Assembly: GCF_031769215.1 (NCBI RefSeq)
Contig: NW_026782032.1
Coordinates: forward strand, 310,001 to 374,000
DNA length: 64,000 bases
From: Ylistrum balloti
Taxonomy: Eukaryota
Direction of reading: 5' to 3'
This document shows positions 1 to 12,809 of this stretch, in pieces. How positions within the stretch are numbered: the first letter of the stretch is position 1; each line of letters begins with the position of its first letter. Position numbers and translations under genes: made by a program. The notes below the pieces were generated by a model that was not told the origin of the DNA, made no database searches, and was given only the letters and a program-made list of their open reading frames with translations.

Positions 1-1247
1 ACACGGTCCCCAAACAGTCAGTGCTTCACAATAAACAGGTGTGCTGGCGATTGTACCAATCATATCGCCATTGTTTCTTCAGATTTCACGACAGACAAGG
101 AAAAGCTACATTGGAACACGTTACGTATACCTAAGTATCGTTGGAATGTGTAGGGCTACGTTAAAGGCTGCCGATCCCGTCCAGTATATAACATATGTTT
201 ACGTTTTTTTCAGTTACTAAAATTATTCCATCTAAATTTATTTTCTATCTCATTCAGAATTTGAATTAGATCAAATCCACGCGCACTCTTAAATTTGTTT
301 ACACCGTCACAAAAAACACGTTTCATTGATAAAGGCGAGAATTGTCTAACACGGACCATTGACAGTCGACGAGCATGCAGCCTTAAGGCATCGTTTCTTT
401 CCCAGACGATTCACGGCAATCTTCTAATGCGTCGATACAACGAACTTTGGGCCCGATGTGATGTCGCGGTTTAATACGCAGTAATATAAGAAATGAAGAT
501 ATGAAGACTTGTCAATAGTGTCATATTGTAGAATATATGTATTCCATAAATATGGAATATAACGAATATACATCGATACAATGTGCTACGAACGACTATA
601 CGCGGAAACCCTGAATCCAACAAGCAGTTGAGATAAGGCATATCTATGCGTTTGAAATTAAAACCGAAATGAGATTCGTTACAATCCAAACATTAACATT
701 CCGATTAATCTAACACCCAAAGTCAAACACGCCCTTTGATTTTTTCTCTCTCTGAATGTTCCGGATAATTACTTTTGGTAAAAATAACCATTAAACTATG
801 CCATTAGTGTAAACCTTTAGTTGCTAGTATGACGTCATGGCGATTGAACTTTTACGAATCCTAAAGAATTCCATTCACCGTTTACAAGTGGTGTGCTGTG
901 ATGACGTATGCACTTTATGGGTATTTTATCGCCAGTCTCGTTTGCAGCATATCTTCCATACCTGACACCAAACATCTGACATTCTTATCTTCAAGCAAAT
1001 TAAACTGATGTGTACTTTAACAGCGAATGTTAGATTATCGCAATTTTTGTTATTTAAAACGTAAATAATGGAGCACGCGAAAACTTGTAACTTATACATG
1101 GCGTGGCAACCTTGTGTGATTATAGTGTTATTGTGAAACCTGCTTTTAAAGTCCGCCAATTTCACAATGACCGGAAAAGCCTTGATATGAGTTGAATAAT
1201 CATTGCTAATCCCTTTGTGTCATGATATTCAAGAATGTTTAAAATAA

Positions 1248-1890
1248 ATGGATGATGTTGTACTTATTACCGTGTAAGTGATCCGGAGGGGAATTATATA
1301 GGATAGTATCGAATTTCTGGCCCCAGTCCTTATAAACCCTGTGGATCCAACTTTCTTCAGGCCATACGAGAGAAATGATGAACGCCAACCTCCATACAAA
1401 ACATATCAATTAATTATGTTGCACGTAAGTGAGAATAGACAGAAGAGAAAATACAAGGAATATTTATAACACTACTACATGTCAATTTTCTTGTTCCTGT
1501 GTTATAAACATTACACCGACATCTTTACTGTAACATTGATATAAAACATTGAAGTGGCATCTTATTCATACAGAGAATATAAAAACGAAATGTCTTTCAA
1601 CGGAGGGGACTTATTTTGTGTCTCCTCCTTTGAAACGACTTCATATTAGCACCTACCGTATATTAGTATCAGTAGAAAATTATTACGTTGAATACTACAA
1701 CATGTACAGGGATAAGTACACAGTCTAAGATATGAGCATATACATTCAGATAAATAAATATATTTATATATCATTAAATTTTCAGGAATGTTGCGGCATC
1801 GTCGTCGGATTTTCGATGAAACTCGGTTTCGAGTTTCGAGTAATATTGCTTATTATCACTGGCGACGTCAATCAAATCCGAAGTCTGTGA
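1248..1890 (+). CDS. Putative 3-exon small ORF, 64 aa (exons 1248-1273, 1361-1424, 1786-1890); could equally be a non-coding spliced transcript
   Basis: GTAAGT donors at 1274 and 1425, and pyrimidine-rich acceptors (ctttcttcag|1361, aaattttcag|1786). The exons join in frame: MDDVVLITVPYERNDERQPPYKTYQLIMLHECCGIVVGFSMKLGFEFRVILLIITGDVNQIRSL*. No homology recognised. Confidence 0.3.
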
Positions 1891-2582
1891 CGATTCATGA
1901 GATTACTGTCTCTCAAGCACTAGATAAAAACATTAAAACACCCAATATGTATCTGCCCGATTTTTTACGAGCCATCTTGATATGTCCCCTCCGGACCACA
2001 CAGTAGTTTTTATTTAGTCTATTAGAAGTTCAAGATATTAACATTGTTACTCTACATTGAATACCAACCCGTTATGATTTGGTTCGGAATCAAATGTGCT
2101 TCTAACATTCCTTTGACAATGACGACGAAACAGTTACAGTGTACACATTCAACACAGATTTGAGTGGCGCTTAATTCAACCTGGTATCTAGATTATTCAA
2201 CTCTGAAACAAATGTACGGAATGTGGTGAAGATTGAATTTGAATTTTAAATACGTTATTTTTAAAAAGTTTAATTATTTGTTCCTGCACTTCGATCCTAC
2301 GGACAAACCAAACGTTGGGAAGTTCAAGCATCAAACTTTGCTCAGTACAGAATTCAGCGTTTCTTAGAGACCATCCTGTGCTATGATCCAAGATTAGCCC
2401 GTAACATTGTCAACTATAAACCATTACTACCTTTGTAATACAGCGTTACAAACTTGAGTGGAATGAGATTCCTACACCGTAGATTATGACAATGGTCAGT
2501 TGTAGGTCTTGGTTCGGAGAATAGGGGAAATAATCCATAATACAGAACGTCGAAGAGAATTGATAGTTCGTTAAACCCAAAG

Positions 2583-2682
2583 AGGGTGTGGTGGGGTGTG
2601 GTGGGGTAGGGTGGGGTGGAGTGGGGTTGGGTGGAGTGGGCTGGGGTGTGGTGGGGTTTAGTGGGGTGGGGTGGGGTGGGGC
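2583..2682 (+). repeat. G-rich (GGGGT)n-type microsatellite, potential G-quadruplex
   Basis: Many GGG/GGGG tracts separated by 1-4 nt (gtggggtgtggtggggtagggtggggtgg...). Confidence 0.85.
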
Positions 2683-2929
2683 GTCACTCATTCTGTAGCT
2701 ACGTTTTTAAATCCATTTATTATCAACTGGTGGTATTAATCAAACAAAAGGGAAACGCAATAAAAAATGATGCTACGCTGTCTGACCATCCTACAGTCAG
2801 TGATAGTGGTTAAAGACTGAACAACTCTACACAGGTAAACGAGAAAATGATAACTGCACAACGTGGGATGTTTGGACTTTGTGTAATGAGCATAAAATTG
2901 TGACAACATTGACCCCTTTACGGACATAC

Positions 2930-3690
2930 TACCAAGCTAGTAAGACAAGACTGACACCGTATCGGACAGACAGCCAATGCTGGCAGAGAAGACCGACGCC
3001 GTATCGGACATACAACAAAGGTAGAGAGACAATATCGAAACTGTAACGAACATACAGCCCAGACAGAGTGGCAAGACTGACACAGATACAACCCTGACAA
3101 AGTGGCAAGACTGACACAGAAACAAGACCGACACCGTAACGTACATACAGCCCAGACAGAGTGACAAGACTGACACAGAAACAAGACCGACACCGTAACG
3201 AACACACAGCCCAGACAGAGTGGCAAGACTGACACAGAAACAGGACCGACACCGTAACGAACATACAGCCCGGACAGAGTGGCAAGATTGACACAGAAAC
3301 AAGACCGACACCGTAACGAACATACAGCTCAGACAGAGAGGCAAGACTGACACAGAAACAGGACCGACACCGTAACGAACATACAGCCCAGACAGAGAGG
3401 CAAGACTGACACAGAAACAAGACAGACGCCGTAACGTACTTACAGCCCAGACAGAGTGGCAAGACTGACACAGAAACAGGACCGACGCCGTAACGAACAC
3501 ACAGCCCAGACAGAGAGGCAAGATTAACACAGAAACAGGACCGACACCGTAACGAACATACAGCCCAGACAGAGTGGCAAGATTGACACAGAAACAAGAC
3601 CGACACCGTAACGAACATACAGCCTAGACATAGAGGCAAGACTGACACAGAAACAGGACCGACGCCGTAACGTGCATACTAGCAAGGTAA
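2930..3690. repeat. 59-bp minisatellite, about 10 good copies plus degenerate flanks
   Basis: Unit gactgacacagaaacaagaccgacaccgtaacgaacatacagcccagacagagtggcaa; starts at 3109 and 3168 give the 59-bp period. Confidence 0.9.
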
Positions 3691-4542
3691 AGAGACAATA
3701 CCGACACACAACATCAGAGACAAGGCCGACTCCGTACCAACAAACAACCAGAATAATTACATGTCGGACACAGTAAAAACGCAGGACATGAAGTTTGCAT
3801 ATGAGCGTTACGTATGCCTAGACATTTTTCCCGTTTTCTTTTATCCCATTTATAAATAAAAACGTTTATTTAAATACATAAATGATAACTTTTCAATGCA
3901 AATATAATGCTAGATATTCCAGGCATATCTCGTGTGAAAATCGGCCAAACCCAACTCCAACACTAAAGAATTCATTCTTATATAGTCGTGAATGAAAGTT
4001 CCGAAATGTACCTAGTCTATTAGATGTACGCAAATCTACACGATCAAAAGGCTAGTGAATTCTCGAGGAAATAATTCAGACACGTAAATATGTTTCAGGC
4101 TACGCCACGTGATTTTTTTAATTTGAGCCTTATATACCTGTTTGATCACCTGTGAAGAAGGCGATATTAAAATCTAACAAACTTATTTGGTTTGTGAAGG
4201 TGAACATACGGTTACTTGATTTTTTTTTCTCATTGACAGCTTGTCCTTTCTCAAGTGATTCACACTCGAATAGCTGTATATATAGTAACAGCCACAGTTC
4301 CACGAGTTCAGAGAAGGTCTTTATGAATGAAAAATATCTAGGACGTGCCGCCAAAATCGACACGCCCCCTTCATTTAAAATTCATTCATAATTTCTCAAG
4401 GATATGAATTGTATTACACATACTGACACGATAGGCTGACGACAGAGGAAGCTGTTTACTATTAACGGTCGAGTTAGCTACACACACTGAAGTGTAGTTG
4501 TAGTATAACACGAAATGATGAAATCAATTTCAGAAAAATGGA

Positions 4543-4593
4543 CCAATCAGAACGCACCTGCTTACTCAGGAGACCTGCTTAACCATATATATA
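4543..4593 (+). promoter_or_regulatory. Candidate CCAAT box and TATA-like element upstream of the LamG gene ATG
   Basis: gaCCAATcag at 4543-4547 and TATATATA at 4586-4593, about 120 nt upstream of ATG 4711. An acceptor-like cttcag at 4706 means an upstream UTR exon is also possible. Confidence 0.35.
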
Positions 4594-4710
4594 CAGCGGG
4601 GTTGTCATTCATAACCCTTGTGTCCGAGAAGACGTCTGTGTATTCCCATATCTACCTAAGTTTTAATACAAAATTACACTTGTGGATTTTAACCATATCT
4701 CTTCAGCAAA

Positions 4711-7700
4711 ATGCATACCTGTGTGTCGTCGATGTTTCAACTTGTGACGACGCTTTACCTGTCCGTGTTACACCTGTCCTACCTAACCCAGGCCTTACCT
4801 CTAGACAGATGCAAGGTAAGTTACAGAACTAGTTTTATAAAAGCTATAGAACATGTGGTATACCCTTAGACTCTTTTTCCTTATTAACGGGTTGTTATAG
4901 AAATAACTATATTGGTAGCCCTCGCACTACTGGACTATTTTAATTTGACAGAACATACAGTGCAGTATACTATATTTGAAACGGTGGAACAGATGTCCCC
5001 TATCGTTTTAATTTTTTTTTCTATATAAAAAAACTACGGAAAAACAGATTGTCCTGATGCTAATAACTTATCCATTACAAGTAATTGCAGATACAGCCAT
5101 TCAAAAATGAAATAATTTCAACGTGATTTTAACAATTTTTCGGTATTCGGTATTAAAATTGTACAAATAACGTTATATTTGGTTGGAAAAAACCGTAAGG
5201 TAATCTAAACCAATGTCAACAGAACTGACATATTGAAGTAGGCCTACATATCGAGAGGTTAACGATAAAACGCTACGTTGCCGCTGTTTGACATGGCCTG
5301 TAATATTACATGCACGTATTAGGAAGTTTTGTCTGTCTTATGAATGGAAATTTACAGGAAATCCTTTAGTGTGACCTTGTAGATACTGTTATAAGTTTGT
5401 ACAATAGGATGGGACTGGTTACCTCTCGTGTCCAGGTGTGCTGTTTGACATTTAGTATATGATACCGGCGGGAAAACAATTCTCGTTTCGTCACGCAGTC
5501 GATTACCCTATATCTGTTTTTTTTTACCTGGAATTGCTTAACATTGTTAGAATGTTGCATAAGTGGTTTTTAACAATGTGTAAAAACATTTCGAAGGTCC
5601 GTTTCCGCATGTTACAGATTTGAAGAGCGATAACTATTTTAAATACCAGAGTGCAAAAAGGTAGATTTTTTTTAATCAATTCATATAGCACGCTATCCAA
5701 CCTGTGACGTAGGTCCCCTATTATGTGAGTGACTGATGTCAATTAATTGATAATCATTCTGCATTTAACTTAGCAAAATAAAGCTGCATGTCATGAAATT
5801 AAAAAAATATATATATAATTAACATCCGATCCTCGTGAATTCAAAAATAGAGCAACGCTTGGCTATGCAGGTATGAAATGGTTTTCGCAAAAAAAAAAAA
5901 AAAAACCCACACATCACATAATGCTAGCGACCGGCGGGTCTGTATTATGGGATCTCAGCTGTTCGCCATAGGCCTCGTTTACACTCTGCAACTTGTTACG
6001 GGCGTAAAATACCATAGAGAGACACGACTAAAAGGAACTGATTTTACAGATGATCAATTAAGTTTTTTACTGCTAAATTGTAAAAACTTAATAAATAAAT
6101 AAAAATATAAACAAATATAAATAAATAACGATAATAATAATGTGTACATGATTACAATATACATATTATACAGGAAAAATAGTTCTACCAAAACCTCTCT
6201 TAAAATGACCGTATTTTTGTGCTAGTACATTTGTCGGAATAATATTACACAGTTATTGAAACTAACTAAACATATTCGCCATAAGTACTGAAATTAATTT
6301 ATTTTATATAGAGTTTATAATTACCGGCGGGACTAAGTTGAAAATAATTAATTTTGCTGCAAGAAATTTCAATTAGATTGTAATGTATTTTCAATTTGAT
6401 TGTCCACTTTGCAATAAATTTAAAACTAGGTTTGTTGATTGTATCGGAAATTTGTAAAAAAAAAAAATCTTCTTTCTTTTCAATTTCCATATTAAAACCA
6501 CATTGCCACATATCTAAGTAACAAAAAGTTGTTAAGTAAGTATGCCTGCTGAATTCAAGATGATAAAATACCTGGAAATTCAGCCGCTAAATACTTTTAT
6601 CACCTAACTACATATTTAATTACTTTAGTAGCGCGTTAAAATGTTGAATATTTTGACAGCATGTGATACAAAGTGCTTTATAGTAAAATCCGTTTATAAA
6701 AATAGACTTAAAAGTGAAACTATTGTTATTTCTTGAGACGCGACGTTTAAAGAATATCATAACCCAGTTGGTCTTTTGGCGATTTGACCAAAGAAATGTA
6801 CATATGTAGACAAAAGATTAGTGTTTTCTTCTAGTTTTCTGTCATTATTACACAACAAATTCCAGGAATTGGAATGTCGTTATACAAAGAAAGTTGAGAA
6901 CATTTTTTCTTTTCAAAAAGTGGGAATTTCTGTTAATCGCAGTTTGAAATTAGTTTAAAATAAAGCTCTAATCAATGATGAAATTGCATTTTTTAAAACT
7001 TCAGGGTTTAAAAGTCGTCTATATTTAGGCCAGTACATGCAGTCATGTTATGGGGAGACAGAGATCATTAACACGAGAACTTATGATTCGTATTAGTCTC
7101 ATTTTCATTTATCAGTATAGCGACGGAAAACAAATTTTGTTTACTGCCTTCGTTTAATCTTCTCAACCCCACACATGCGTGGACACTTCATTTCATCTAA
7201 ATTACTTACATACTTACGAGGTCAAACACGCGATACTTGACGTGTACGTAAACTCCCACGCAATACCTATAACGGACATTTGCGACAGGAGAGGACATTA
7301 CAAATAACAACACGTGCCTTTGACAAAACGGATGCAAATTAAATATGGACAAGTATACAGTCTTAAGAGACATATTTCACGTGTAGGTCACTAAGAGTGA
7401 TGTGCTATAACGAGAATATTAGGCTGGGAACGTTATGGTAGGATTCCGCACCTACAGTGTTCTGAAATATTTATGTCGGGCAGCTAAAACGGTCATAAGA
7501 GGATTTTAACCGTTTTGGTTATCGTCATCGTGTAGGAGAGTTTGATCGACGCCGTACCACTGTTCCTGTTCTGACAGATAGAATTCACGTTCTATTAACT
7601 TATTAAAGCGCAAACTCTTTCCAAGAATACTTGTAGAAGCATTGTGTAACGTGCAAGAACGTATAGTGTTATTATGTCACCAGCGTTGATATGTCTTTCC

Positions 7701-10700
7701 GAATCGATATAAAATATCACAGAATTAATTTCTAAGTGTTCCGCCTTGCAAACTCCTCATTAATTCGCATACCTAAAAACAATGATAAGATGAGGGAAAA
7801 TATGGCTCACCTGTAGAATGAGTATAGCTGACGTGAAATCCGTTAGATAAATGAATAAGTAATCACGAAAAGTGCTGACAGTGCAGCAACATTGTCACAC
7901 TGTCTTCTCTCTAGAGCACCGTCTACATGCATGCAGAGAAATAATATTTCTGGGCAAAAAGGTAAAATTACATTTTTTGATTAGCGACGCTTAGTGTTAC
8001 CACTGTACTTGGACATTAAAATTAAATTACCCATGTTACCCTGTTGAATATTAGCCGCAATAAATTAGTTCGTCTGGTGTCTGGGATTCGATACCGGGCG
8101 GAACCACTGGGACGAAATAATTGTCTTTGCTTATACTGCAGAGCCTAAACCAATGGACGCAGACAAGCGCCTGGCAGGCTTGATTCTGATTGGCTGTACA
8201 GACCTCCGGAACTGGTCATAATTAAGAGAAAGTTTCCTCGTTTGTATGTTCAACAGGCTGTATATAATAACCACCCCATAAATTGAGAATTATTATACCC
8301 TCCACATCACATGCCGGAATTATAGGGCCACGAATCCCCACCGGCAACATCCCATAACAACACGTGAGAGAATTCACCCAGAAACAGGTCAGCTTCGCGT
8401 CAAAATGGATCGTTTACATTAATCATAAATCAGGACACTAATTTGTTTCTAAATCCCCGTTTCGCATGTCTGTGTTGAAATATGTACCTTGCCAGGTGTT
8501 ACTTGTATTTATGTAATACTACCTGTATGTGAAATGTGGATTAATTTAATTGTTAGTGTCGGATTAGGTAGTGGAAACTTAAGAAGCCATTTAACACAGC
8601 GAGTCGTAATACAACACTATAAGCCTGTCAACTTCCTTAAAAAGTCAAGCTCCGACAGACGACAATCGAGAGAAAAAAAACCCAGATTTCCCCTCTTATC
8701 ATAGACTTTATAAAGTAACATACTGTCACACAAACTTAAACAATGTACCGTTCAAAACGCCACCTTGAAGAATGCCATGGCAAGCTTTAATCGAAGAATT
8801 TGGCAAGTTGTTGTCGAATTCAATCATTTTAAACATTCGGTATTGTTGATATAATCCCTTCAGTTTTTTAACAAAAGCATGTATTCAGTATTTTTTCACG
8901 CGGGCTTTTAATTTTAGTCGCTTCAAAACATTTTACCTGGTCAGTTAATTAAAAGTAGCACACCTGGCCACTTAATTAAAGGAAACACACAAGGTGTCAC
9001 CTGTATATATTGATTTAGGTAGTTAAATGGGTAAATGGTAACTGTTGTTTTGTGACTTCTCCAGCTACACGAGAGCACTAATTGACCGTTAGACAAGACC
9101 TACCGGAGTCCAGTGGTTCTAAATCCTGTTAGCTTACCTAGCTACAGCACAAACTAAAAGCATACATTGTTCGAAGCGTCTGAACGACATAGAAATCCCT
9201 GCTTGTTGTAGTCCTTGCTATTTGAGTCAAACATATTGTTGACGCTTTTATTGTTTTAGTTTAGCATATTTTAAGAAAATAATTCATTTATTCTATATCA
9301 AGCTTATCAGGATTTGAATAAAACTGAACACAGAAATGACCACCAGTGACTATCATGTTTATGTTGCCCACACCACTGACCGCGACCAGTCGGATTATAT
9401 GCTCTTGAGCTTTGTTGTGGTGGCCCAATGTTTTCCATTTTTCTGTCCAGGAGATCTCGATCTCCGAAGTCGACAAAGTGACCAATGCCAATTCTGTTGT
9501 GTATAAAAATACCACATATCTCACACAAAACGTTTTTACATTCTCACGTGATATTCTTTTGTCTTGATTTTGACTGACATGATCGGTTCATATAAAATTG
9601 TTTTCACAATCAGTCTGTAACAATATTTATTTTGATCGCTGTCGTAAAGAAAACATTTTTTCAGCTAAAAAGCTCCACAATACGTTAAGTCCTACATCGT
9701 AGTTTTAATAGTTACAGACTAAAACGTATTCACTTTAATAAAACGTCTTTTATTCAGAGTATAACGGACAAAGGTTATTTGTCTTTTATTTAGATTTTAA
9801 TGTCAGTTATATCAATGTTTTGCTAAAGGTCTTTGATAACTCAGTGGGTAAAACACAGGAATCCATCACCTCAGTGGAGGTCTAATCCTGGACCTGGAGT
9901 GTTCATATTTCTCAGGAAATTGAGATCATGGTCTCCATATGTTGTTTTACTATCTTGGACAATGTGTTTTACCAAATATTTTGCTTTGGATAGCATACAG
10001 CAGCTCCCGCATGGTGTTCACTGACATGGTCACCAGCTAATTTAAAGAGACTCCATCTTTAAATGACATTGGCTATTTTAGGGGCAATAGACCAAACCAA
10101 AGCAAAGCAACTTGTGGTGACACATGTGGTTTACGGAGTAAATACTGTACTACCTGTGTTTTAACTTGTGGGTTTACGTCAGTAATACCTGTCTTGTACC
10201 TAGTATAGGCAAATTACTGGTTATATATTTTATTACTACAATCAGCGATCGACAAATGGGCAGTCACGTGTTTGGGGTCCTCGGGTCCGAGTACACCCAA
10301 GGCGCGATTACACGAGATAAGCATGGTACTTAACATTTCCGATCTGTAACAAATAATCTACGCGATTTCCTGTTCGCTGCATGTCTTTGCATAACCGATA
10401 ATGTAATACATTTTGTGACATTTTTACAGACACTGTATCACTATATAAACCGACTCGCAGTATTACCGATCAGGATCGCTGATATGGTATCAAGCTTGAG
10501 TGTGTTAATTTAATACCATTCTGCAAACAAAAATTTCTTAAAGCTAAATGAAAGATAAGTCATATTTTTATTTTAATCTGAAGGCGGCGACGTTGACTTT
10601 TGATAAAAACACCCAATATCTTGAGTAAAATTATTGTCATTTTTAACACAGATATTTTTTCTTTACTTGCAGTCAGCCATCTCGATCTTCTCTAGCAGCG

Positions 10701-12019
10701 GGGCTTACATTGAATCTCTTAACAAAAGTCGCGTGGCACTTCCGGTATTACAGAAAGGATTTACAACGGGGTATGTTGTATCTATTTTATTGAAACGTCC
10801 ATCCTCCCAATTCTGTTTGGAATTATACATCTTATCATATACAGATATATCAAGTATTTTGATATTTTTGTCACGAAAGAAACATTCTACTTAAACTCCA
10901 CACCATGTTACAAAGTGCACCGCATTTCTCTGCCAACTAGGACCCATGGTGTTGTTTTTTTTACTAGATTTTTTAATGTCGGTCTTGGTCAAGCCAGAGA
11001 CAATTCATCTCAACTAACTTTTACTTATCTTGAATTCCAACAGACATGAGATGAAATTCGAATTCAAGACAACGTCACCAAACGGAGTCTTGTTTTACAT
11101 GACACCCGAGCGTCGCCAGAATGAGCTAGTAGCTTTAGATATCATCAATGGCCACCCCAGGTACCACATCCGGTGTAAACAGATCGAGGCAACTCTAACA
11201 CTATCTAGGATACGTGTGGACGATGGAAGATGGCACAAGGCGAGTATAATTATATTTGAATTTTAAAATAATGACTCTTTTAATGAAGATTATGGAAAAT
11301 GACCTATAGCGACCCACCGTAGTACGCTAACATGACTATCCCATCCATTGACGCCATGGAAACACGGCGTAATTGTAATGTTAAGGGATCAGATCTACTG
11401 AATATTGACCCTGGCGATATTTTATATTACAGATAGTATTCAGAAGAAGGAACAACCGTGGTAAACTGTTTGTGGACCGTTCTCCTTATTTCCATGACTA
11501 CCGTGTAGACTGTGGTGCCTTTACGTCCTTGACCTTTGGAGGCGTTGACCCGAACCGGAAGTACAGCAACCTACACAGAGAGGTAAGGCAATGCACCGTT
11601 AAAACCTATCTGAGAAATAGGCCTTTAAAATCTGTTCAGTTCCTCAACACGTTCAATAGAATAAATTTACGGTAAGTAGATGAAGTGCTAGCATTCGGTC
11701 TCCAACCAAGCGCGAGTTTTAATAAGTAAAACCCGGAACTATTTTCTACACTGATGAACAAGAGGAGAAGTCAACGATATATGTAAACATGGGAGGGATG
11801 AGAGACATGAGGGACTGTCAACAAACATATTTGAGTAAAGAAAAATACGATGTGTAAGATGGACAACAAAACTTACGATGTTTTTGACGATTTGTCCATT
11901 TGTCTTTCCAGCTGAACACAAAGCATGGTCACTTCCTGGGCTGTATTCGGCGCGTAGACGTGTCAACTGGTGTAGAAGAGAGTCGAGCGCAGTACCAAGG
12001 CGTCTCGGAATGTTCTTGA
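4711..12019 (+). CDS. Secreted single laminin-G (LamG/LNS) domain protein, 218 aa; exons 4711-4815, 10673-10770, 11044-11239, 11433-11582, 11912-12019
   Basis: Exon phases join without stops (0,2,0,0). The N-terminus is signal-peptide-like (MFQLVTTLYLSVLHLSYLTQA-LP). LamG motifs appear in order: FKTTSPNGVLFY, LVALDIINGHPRY, VDDGRWHKIVFRR..GKLFVD, LTFGG, FLGCIRRV...GVSEC*. Intron 11240-11432 is GC-AG. Confidence 0.88.
8070..8160 (-). mobile_element. Possible degenerate tRNA-derived SINE head in LamG intron 1
   Basis: The minus strand carries a B-box-like ggtatcgaatccc (plus 8083-8095) with a weak A-box-like segment upstream; no full tRNA fold. Confidence 0.3.
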
Positions 12020-12809
12020 TTACGACACACAATGACTGCATTTGCATTCTGTGATAATGACGTCATATCTTCTATTTCGGAGATGACGTCATCACATTTA
12101 AACGAGGAAAATACTCTCTTCTCATGGCCATTACGTCAAGCATATCAACATCTTAGTTCTCGTGTACGGGAGAAATGTGTTCAAAGAAGAGTTTCGAAAC
12201 CTCAGGATTGTCTGTTCTCGGGAATGCAGACACGAATTATCCGCCCTTTGTTTTAAAAGGTCGTCGATGAAGATTGAATTAGAACAGTATTATTGCTAAA
12301 GAAGGCGAGACCCCTGTCTTGAAATGCGAATATCATCGTCACATACTGTTTGTATAATATCTTATCTAAATGTTCGTTGTTGTTTGAATGGATTCTTATT
12401 TTAACTTATTTAATAAGTTGCACAATGAATTATTCTCTTAACAAGCGGATTGGAAACAAATAACACTATCCATTGTGTTAGCCAAGGTTATAGGTCATGG
12501 GCAATAAGTTGAAGGTCATAGTGAATAGTGACTGTCTATCTCCTTGAAAACAAGATTATCGTGAACGAAACTTAGTGCTATTTTCAGAAAGGAGAAAAAC
12601 TGTTTTAATGTTTTCTTCTCTTTTTAAGTTTTTTGTGCATTTATGAGTTGTTACATATTGTTTATTGTACATAAAGGTGTTGTTGACTTTACACTGTATT
12701 AAATCTATTTGATTACTTTGAGAATCTTGAATGTGTCTTCCCTTTATTATGTATAATATTTATGGATTTGTAGAACACAATATTATATAATTATACAACA
12801 CACTTCTCT

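Noticed and set aside
1788-2006. Arg-rich 72-aa ORF from the track
   Set aside because: No recognisable homology; the upstream splice pattern favours a different frame (reported separately at low confidence).
2918-3709. Long Cys/Val/Leu-rich minus-strand ORFs
   Set aside because: By-products of the 59-bp minisatellite; several frames are open simply because the unit lacks stop triplets on that strand.
4816-10672. Short ORFs in LamG intron 1 (e.g. 9833-10024, 9288-9528)
   Set aside because: No paired splice sites in a compatible phase and no domain motifs; exon 1 already joins exon 2 in frame.
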